NCBI GenBank assembly: GCA_033442325.1
Contig: JAWQFM010000020.1
Span: 809,233-873,232, forward strand
Source of the DNA: Salpingoeca rosetta
Taxonomy: Eukaryota > Protista > Choanoflagellata
Direction: 5' to 3'
DNA: 64,000 nt
Made by a program: the position numbers and the translations under genes. Positions 56,613 through 64,000 of this stretch are shown here, one piece after another (position 1 is the stretch's first letter; each line of letters opens with the position of its first letter). The notes under the pieces are model-generated. The model was not told the DNA's origin and ran no database searches. It worked only from the letters and a program-made list of their open reading frames with translations.

Positions 56613-57426
56613 AATCACATGGTGTGGGTGAGTGCGGGCTCGTGTGCAGTCGCATGAATGTGACCGCTTGTGAATGCAAGTGATCTGATGTTGCACAGGC
56701 ACGTTCCGCATGTTCTCGTCACCATCAGGCCGCAATGCAACAGCGCACCTTGCTGTCTTTGCAATGCACAACAACATAATGGCTGAAGCTCAAGCGAAGA
56801 AAGGCTGCAGCGGTGTGGCAGAAGGTGAACAGGCTGGCCAAGCTGGGACACTTGCTGGAGATCGTGAGGCGGCAGACCTATCCACATCGAGATTTGCAAC
56901 GGGATGGGAGGTGGTGAGGCAGGGGGCGACTTGGTAGGCGCTTCTTTGCCTAGTCGAAGGCAAGGGAGAAAAGCGCTTGTCCAAGGCATGGCGAGGATGC
57001 ATCGATGGGCGCAAGGGTGCAAAAGAGCGTGGTGGCACAGACTTGATTGTTGAAGAGAGCTGGATCGTAATGGCACTCGTTGGGAGCAAGGTTGAAGAGG
57101 AGGAAGTGGTCTTGACATCTTTGCTTGAGATGCTCTGCGAGCTCGGCCGCGTTGATGGCATGAGCGCGCTAGCAGCGAAGCAGCAGGAAGGAGGGCAAGA
57201 GAATCACAGAGCAGTGAGTGCACAGTGCATTCCAGATAAGCAAGTCCAATGTGCTGTAAGCGTCATGGACGAGTGGTAGCGTGGACGAGTGGAAGCGTGG
57301 ACGAGTGGTAGCGTGGACGAGTGGTAGCGTGGACGAGTGGTAGCGTGGACGAGTGGAAGCGTGGACGAGTGGTAGCGTGGACGAGTGGTAGCGTGGACGA
57401 GTGGTAGCGTGGACGAGTGGTAGCGG

Positions 57427-57497
<71 letters not shown>

Positions 57498-57581
57498 ACA
57501 CCTTGACGCTTCTGTTGGCCCAGGGTTGTCCGCATGCTAGCAAGCTGTCTGTTATGTCCGTGATATCCAGCTCGTTGTCTG

Positions 57582-57652
<71 letters not shown>

Positions 57653-57870
57653 GTCATGGTGTGCGCGTCTGCTGCGATGTCGTGTGCAAGCAATGCATAC
57701 AACCAACGCAACAGGCAAGCAAGCAGAGTCCGAAGTATGACAGGCTTCTTATTCGTCCTTCCCCGGTCCCTCTCGTGCACCGTCACATCAGCGATGTTGT
57801 CACCTTGCAGGGACGCAGATCGGCCGCCACCAAAAGGGTGTAGCACGTTGTTGAGCTTGACGGCACACAT
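49545..57870 (-). CDS. Formin with N-terminal PTEN-like phosphatase + C2 domains, a UBA-like domain, FH1 and FH2 (multi-exon)
   Basis: PTEN-like [46 protein letters not shown]|[11 protein letters not shown]; C2 [19 protein letters not shown]; poly-Pro FH1 at ~52990-53220; FH2 [72 protein letters not shown]. Confidence 0.9.
57266..57425. repeat. Intronic 16-bp minisatellite (GGACGAGTGGTAGCGT) x~10
   Basis: Head-to-tail copies with occasional T>A variants, inside a formin intron. Confidence 0.95.
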
Positions 57871-57966
57871 GTCACCTCCTCCTCATCGTTGTCCTCTGAC
57901 TTTGCTTGGCTTTGCTTGCTTGCTTGCTTGGTTTCCGTTATTCGCACAATTCCCGCGCCTTTTTCC

Positions 57967-58044
<78 letters not shown>

Positions 58045-58499
58045 GTGTGTGTGTTGTGTGTCCCTCTGTTTGTGTGTGTCTGTGTCTGTCCCATGCAAGT
58101 CCAAGTTCATGCTGTACTTGTGTGTTCACACCACAAAGGCAAGGCAAGTCACGCATCTCAAAGCCAGACAACAGGAAGCACATGCGCGTTGTGTTGGCAA
58201 TGAATGGTGGTTGGTTATGAGTGTTGACAAGACAACAAACAAGTAAGGAACGTACATGACCGAGGCAAGAGAACGAAAAAAGACCCATGCAAACGATCAT
58301 GCGACAACATAACGTTGGTTGGTACGTGGGCGTTGTTGTTGTTGAGGTGCTGGTGGATCAGGGCGAGTTTGGGGAGGGGGGGAGAGACTGATAGTTGCAA
58401 ATCATGGTCATTGCAACATCATGACTTATTGCTCATCATGGTGGTTGCAGACAATGGCGATTGCACAAGCCACCCACCCACCGGCTCACTCCGTGAGCT

Positions 58500-61213
58500 T
58501 TACTCGAACTTGATACCCTGCGCAAGTGGGAGCTCGGTGCCGTAGTTCATGGTGATGGTGGAGCGGCGCATGTACTGCTTCCAGGCATCGCTGCCAGACT
58601 CCCGGCCGCCGCCCGTCTCCTTCTCGCCGCCAAAGGCACCGCCAATCTCGGCGCCGTTGGTCGGGATGTTCACGTTGATGATGCCCGTGTCGGAGCCAAA
58701 GGGCCCAATCCACTTGAAGATCTTCGACGGGTCGCGGGTGAACACGCTGCTGGAGAGACCCTGGCTGACCGAGTTGTTGATGGCAATGGCCTCCTCAAAG
58801 GACTTGCACTTGGTGATGTACAGGATCGGGGCGAAGGTCTCCGTCATGATGCAGCCGACGTCAGGGCGTGGGCACTCCACGAGCGTGGGCTCAACAAAGT
58901 TGCCGGGGAGGTCAGACAGCACGTTGCCGCCATGCAGGATGGTGCAGCCCTCGGCCTTTGCTTGCTCAATCATCTGAGGAGGGGGGGGGGGAAGAGTGGG
59001 TGAGAGGTTGGAGGGGGAGGGAAGAAGAATAGTGAGGGACGAAGAGTAGTGAGTGAACAGTGCGTGAACAGTACGGGCAGAAGAACCAAGCACGAGATTG
59101 GGTGCAATCAAGGGAGCGAAGGGTGAATGTGCATGTGTGTGTGTATGCCATGACACACACATGTAGTATATACGCACACACACATGCACACACACACATA
59201 CACACACATACATACACACACATACATACACACAATACGCACACACATGCATACACTCACACACACGCACACACAAAGGACTGACCTTTGTGTAGTTCTC
59301 GACGGCCTGCTTGGTGTGGAGGGGACCGCAGAGGGTGCCGTCCTGGAGCGGGTGGCCAATGCGCACAGAGGCATACGCCTTCTTCAGGCGCTCAACAACC
59401 TCGTCATACACATCCTCGTGCAGCACCTGCACACACAAAAAAGGAGGAAAAAAACATGGTCAAGAGGAGGGGTGGGAGATGTGTGAGCAGATGAGCGGAT
59501 GGGGGCGTTGTGACAAAAAAGGAGTGGGTGGCGGCGATAAAGCGAAAGAAGGGAGACACCATGGAATGGACCAAGGCGACAGTGCGGAAGCACAGGCCAG
59601 AAACCGCAACACGTGGCGCCACGCGCAATCAGTAGCAACACGAAGATACGGCACGACACGCAGGGCCACGGCAAGCGAGCATGAGGAGACTGACCAGGCG
59701 GCGGCAGGTGGTGCAGCGCTGGCCGGCGGTACCGACAGAGGCGAAGAGGACGGAGCGGACAACCATCTCGAGATCGGCGTCATCCATGACGACAATGGCG
59801 TTGTTGCCGCCGAGCTCGAGCAGGGAGCGGCCAAAGCGGGACTGGACGGTGACGCCAACCTCGCGGCCGACCTTGGTGCTGCCCGTGAAGGAGAGGAGGT
59901 CCACGCGGCGGTCGGCGCACAGGGTGTGGCCAACATCCGCGCCGCCGCACACCATGGAGATGATGGCCGGGTTGATGTTGTTGCGCTCAAGCACCTCGGC
60001 CATGACCTTGGTGAGGGCAATGCTGGTGAGTGGGGTGGTTGGGGAGCCCTTCCAGACGTGCGTGTTGCCCGCAACGAGGGAGAGGGCAAGGTTCCAGCCG
60101 GCGACGGCGACAGGGAAGTTGAAGGCGGTGATCATGCCAACGAGACCGCGCGGGTTCCACTGCTCCATGAGCATATGGTCAGGGCCTGGCGGAAAAGAAG
60201 AAGAAACGTTGGCAGAGGAGAGGAATGGAGGAGTGGGTGGGTGGGTTAGGGTGAGGTAAAAATCGTGTGAGCTTTGAAGGAAAAGGAAAAAAAAGAAAGA
60301 AAAAAAAAGATGATACACCACAACACGGACAGCGATAACACGCAAAGCGGCAACACGTATGCACGCATGTGCGCACACACACGCACATGATGCACACGCT
60401 GCATACACATACACACACGCGCGCACAGACTTGACTTTATGTTAGTCTACTTACGCTCGGAGGGGAGGATGCTGCCGTTGATGGAGCGGCTGAGGCCGAG
60501 AGCGTAGTCGCAAATGTCGACAAACTCCTGCACCTCGCCACGGGCCTCGGGCAGGATCTTGCCGTTCTCAAGCGTCAGCTATCAACAACAAGATGGGTAG
60601 AGCGGAAACACACGGAGGAGAAAAGCGGGTTCGTGTGAGCAGTGGCACGTAGCAGTAACTGCAGTAACTGCAGCAGCAGCAGCAGCAGTAGCAGCAGAAC
60701 TTTGCCGTTGCCGTTGCTGTTGCCGTTCAAGACCATGACAAGGCGACACATGTCCAGCTAGTAACGCCAAGGCAATTGCATATTGCATATTATGCACGAA
60801 AAACAAAGCAATCACACGTTTGAACTGACCACTTGGGAGAGGGACTCGAGGTTCTCGCGGAGGGCGTCGCCAATCTGACGGACAATGTCGCCGCGGGCGG
60901 GCATGGTGAGCTTTGCCCACTCGGGCCAGGCCTCCTTTGCGGCGGCAATGGCCTCTTCCATCTGCTCGGGGGTGCCGTAGGAGACGCTGGCAATGCCGTT
61001 GTTGGTGCCTGGGTCCAGGGAGGTGTACTCCTGGCCCTTGCCCTGCTGCCACTTGCCAGTGAACACGCCCTGGTTGACGTCCTTTGCCGTGAGGCCGGCG
61101 TTGGCCAGGATGCCCTCAACGTCAATCTGCGGGGTCTGCGACGACATAGCGCGTGCGCCAAGAGCACGGCCAGCCTGGGATGCCGCGCGGGTTGCCTTCA
61201 TGAGAGACGCCAT
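58500..61213 (-). CDS. ALDH7A1: Alpha-aminoadipic semialdehyde dehydrogenase (antiquitin), multi-exon
   Basis: [15 protein letters not shown]; [18 protein letters not shown]; [14 protein letters not shown]; SFTGST; LLELGGNN (catalytic Glu); GTAGQRCTT (catalytic Cys); [43 protein letters not shown]. Confidence 0.97.
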
Positions 61214-61842
61214 CGTTGCTGTCGGGTCGGGTTCGGGTGGTGCTGTTTCCGTGTCAACAGGAGAAAAGCAAATGAAGAGGTAGAGGGAGAAGAGAGAGAG
61301 GTAGAGGTAGAGAGGGGGGGGGGGTAGAAAGAGGTGGACAGACGGCGTTAAATAAGTGAAAAATGAACAAGCGTGAGACAAAGCGACAAGTGAAGCAAGC
61401 AAGCAACAGATGAACCATAAGGACACGCAACACATACACACGCACACACACCAGGCAGCCACGTTGCAGCACACGCTCCAGCATATCCAACACACCACGC
61501 AGCCACACGCACACGCGCTCCAACACACGCCAACACACGCACCTTCTCGTTTTCTTCGTTTGCAGCGGCGTGGCTTGCTGTGTGTGTGGTAAATGGCGAA
61601 CGCAAATCCAGGAGAACAAAAGCGGTGTCGCAATGAGGAAAACTTCTGGAAGATTTTCAGCAATCGCCCAGAACGGAGTTGGCGATGACGAGGAGGAAAA
61701 GGACGAGGAAGAAGAAGAGGCAGCAGCGCGGCGTACACAAGAGCAGCGTGGGTTGGAGATGGCAGCAGGAGGCGAGACGAAGCCAAACAGATGATGATGG
61801 GGGAGGTGATGATGGTGGGGGAGAAGGGACAGGGAGAGGAGC

Positions 61843-62402
61843 GATGTTGCCAGTGGGTAAGGTTTACAGCTCCATGCCATCACACAGACAACGACATCAA
61901 CGACAGCCTGTGCCCTCAGCGGCGTTGCTGAGGTCAACAACGGCACAGCATGGCCAAGGGCACAGGGATCAACCACAAGAGCTTCAAAACCAGCAGTATC
62001 GTCGACAGGGATGGCAGCAGCAGCAGTGCCGGTCAGGAGAGATGCGACAATCTGCAGCTTCCAGAAGACACACACAATCATGGGAAGAGGCGGATGCCGT
62101 GTTTGAGCTGGCGCTCGTGTTTGGCGATGCGGCTCAGCTGCAGGCGTGCTTGGACGCAGGCTGTGATCCAGATTGCCGGTTTGATCGCCCCTACTACGAG
62201 ACTCCGCTAGGCCTCGTTGTGGCTGCAGCGCAGGATCCGTCAAGCTACCTCCAGTTCCTCAACATTGACCGTCATCGCCACGTGTACCAACAAGGCATGG
62301 GGGTATCGGACTCGCAGCAGATGGGAATGAGGAACCTTGCACCAACGGAAGCAGTGGATTCAATGACTGCAATGACAGCAGAAAGGACAACAACAACAAC
62401 AT

Positions 62403-62437
<35 letters not shown>

Positions 62438-63442
62438 GTAACAGCGGCGGTCACAGCAGCAACACCAACACCAACAGTAACAGCAACAGCAACAGCATCA
62501 GCAACAGGGAGGGTGAGGCCATGCACAAGGACAACCAAGTCGTCGCAAGCACCGACACCATCAGCCACACAACGTGGAATGCCAAGCCAAGATGACCCAG
62601 CACCGAGGCGCCAGCACCTGGAATGCATCCGGCTGCTGCTTGCGCGTGGTGCCAAGGTAGACGCCACGTTCACCTCTGTTAACGGCACCATCACATGCTT
62701 GCATGAGGCCATCCTGCAAGACAATGCAGATGCTGCGGCGCTGCTGGTGGATGCAGGCGCCACGCGCATGGTCATGCCAGGTTACAGTGCACTTGAGCTT
62801 GCTGTCACCAAGGGCGCCACCTCGTGCGAGGAGCTGCTCTTGAAGGACCTGTGCTCGCACCCTCTGCTGCACTTTGATGCGGCTGCACGTGCCTACGTGG
62901 CATCCCTGCAGCGCGTGCTACGCCACTATGTCGTGGAGACGGAAGATGCTGTCTCCGCATACCGGCTGCTTCGCGCCAATGTCCCTGTGCCCGCTGCGCC
63001 CGCTGCGCCAAGCATGGCCGGAACAACAACGGCAACAAGGACGAGGGCAAGCACGGCGCCGCCTTCGCGCACGGATTCACAGCATGCTTTTGGAGATGCA
63101 CTGCACCGCGGGCATGCTGCCGTGTTTTGCAACCTCTTTGCCAGCTTCGGTTACTTGTGCAGGCACGGCGGTGTGAGGCGGGAACAGCGCGGGCTGCGAA
63201 GCGGCTCTTTTCTCGCAGCGCCAGCCACCTCCACTTTTGCGACAGTGCGCACGCCATCACTGCGGCCCGTGCCAAGCTTGTTCTCCATGGCGTACGCAGC
63301 AGCGCTACACACAGACCAATTGAAGCTGTTATCAGACGACCACCGTGACTCGCTCCATGCTTCCCTCTACTCTGCGGCGTTTCGCTCCCTCGCTCTTGCC
63401 ATGCAGACTAACCTCGACACCAAGCGACGTTATGATGCGTGA
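61843..63442 (+). CDS. Intronless ankyrin-repeat protein with a possible C-terminal SOCS/BC box
   Basis: ANK-like ETPLGLVV, HLECIRLLLARGAKVDA, TCLHEAILQDNADAAALLVDAGA, SALELAVTKGATSCEELLL. C-terminal VPSLFSMAYAAAL..LKLLSDDHRDSL. Start codon uncertain. Confidence 0.7.
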
Positions 63443-64000
63443 TCGTGTGTGGTGTTGTGTTGTGTTGTGTGATCATTTTATGTGTGTGGTGTTGTGTGTG
63501 GTGTTGTGTTGTGTTGTGTGTGTTGTGTTGTGTGTTGTGTTGTGTTGTGTTGTGCTGTGTTGTGTGTGTTGTGTTGTGTTGTGTTGTGTTGTGTTGTGTT
63601 GTGTTGTGTTGTGTTGTGTTGTGTTGTGTTGTGTTGTGTTGTGTGTGGTGTTGTGTCGTCGCACTCCACAACAACAAACTGCGATTCGATGCCAATTTAA
63701 TAAACGAATTTGGGCGACCCAAACTTTTTCTTTCTGCAACCAACCACACAGAACCCGCCAACGACCACAACGAGGCACCGATTAGAGATTTGTCAGGCAA
63801 GCAACAACAACAAGGCTCAAGGCACACACTGCCTTGAGGGATCGTCCGTGCCCGAGTTTGTCAGGTGCGTTGTCATACGCCACGTATTGATGGTGCGAAC
63901 CGTGGCGAAAACCTTTGTGATGACGACACCCAGCCACCACCAACCATCACACACCCCACACGCAAGGCACCACCAGTGCAGCACGAAACCAAACCGCCGC

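Noticed and set aside
57266-57425. Regular short repeats that superficially resemble a CRISPR array
   Set aside because: The 16-bp units are head-to-tail with no unique spacers, lie in a spliceosomal intron, and no cas genes are present. This is a minisatellite.

Overview
Gene-dense, intron-rich eukaryotic DNA. Introns are packed with (GT)n/(CA)n microsatellites and the exons carry poly-Q/T/D tracts. Style and gene content point to a choanoflagellate such as Salpingoeca rosetta (inference). Splicing exons by hand at GT-AG boundaries gives about 14 genes: a 5'-open Helitron Rep (HUH) ORF fused to an unknown C-terminus; a single-pass receptor with a mucin ectodomain and Notch-like ankyrin repeats; Rrp14/SURF6; GIPC; an intronless Maf-like bZIP; a cysteine-module/mucin receptor with an apparent frameshift and an RxxT-repeat tail; the regulatory subunit of NAD-IDH; an intronless U-box-vWA-Hint (Vint) protein head-to-head with CFAP99; an OTU-Tudor deubiquitinase (OTUD4/ALG13/otu-like); a SAP plus C/EBP-like bZIP fusion; a PTEN-C2-UBA-FH1-FH2 formin; ALDH7A1; and an ankyrin protein with a possible SOCS box. 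There is also a 664-bp tandem duplication and a 100-N assembly gap. The best candidates for new biology are the Notch-like mucin receptor, the Vint autoprocessing E3 ligase, the PTEN/UBA formin, the SAP-bZIP fusion and the paired GT...CA intron architecture. All domain calls are by eye; no database searches were run.
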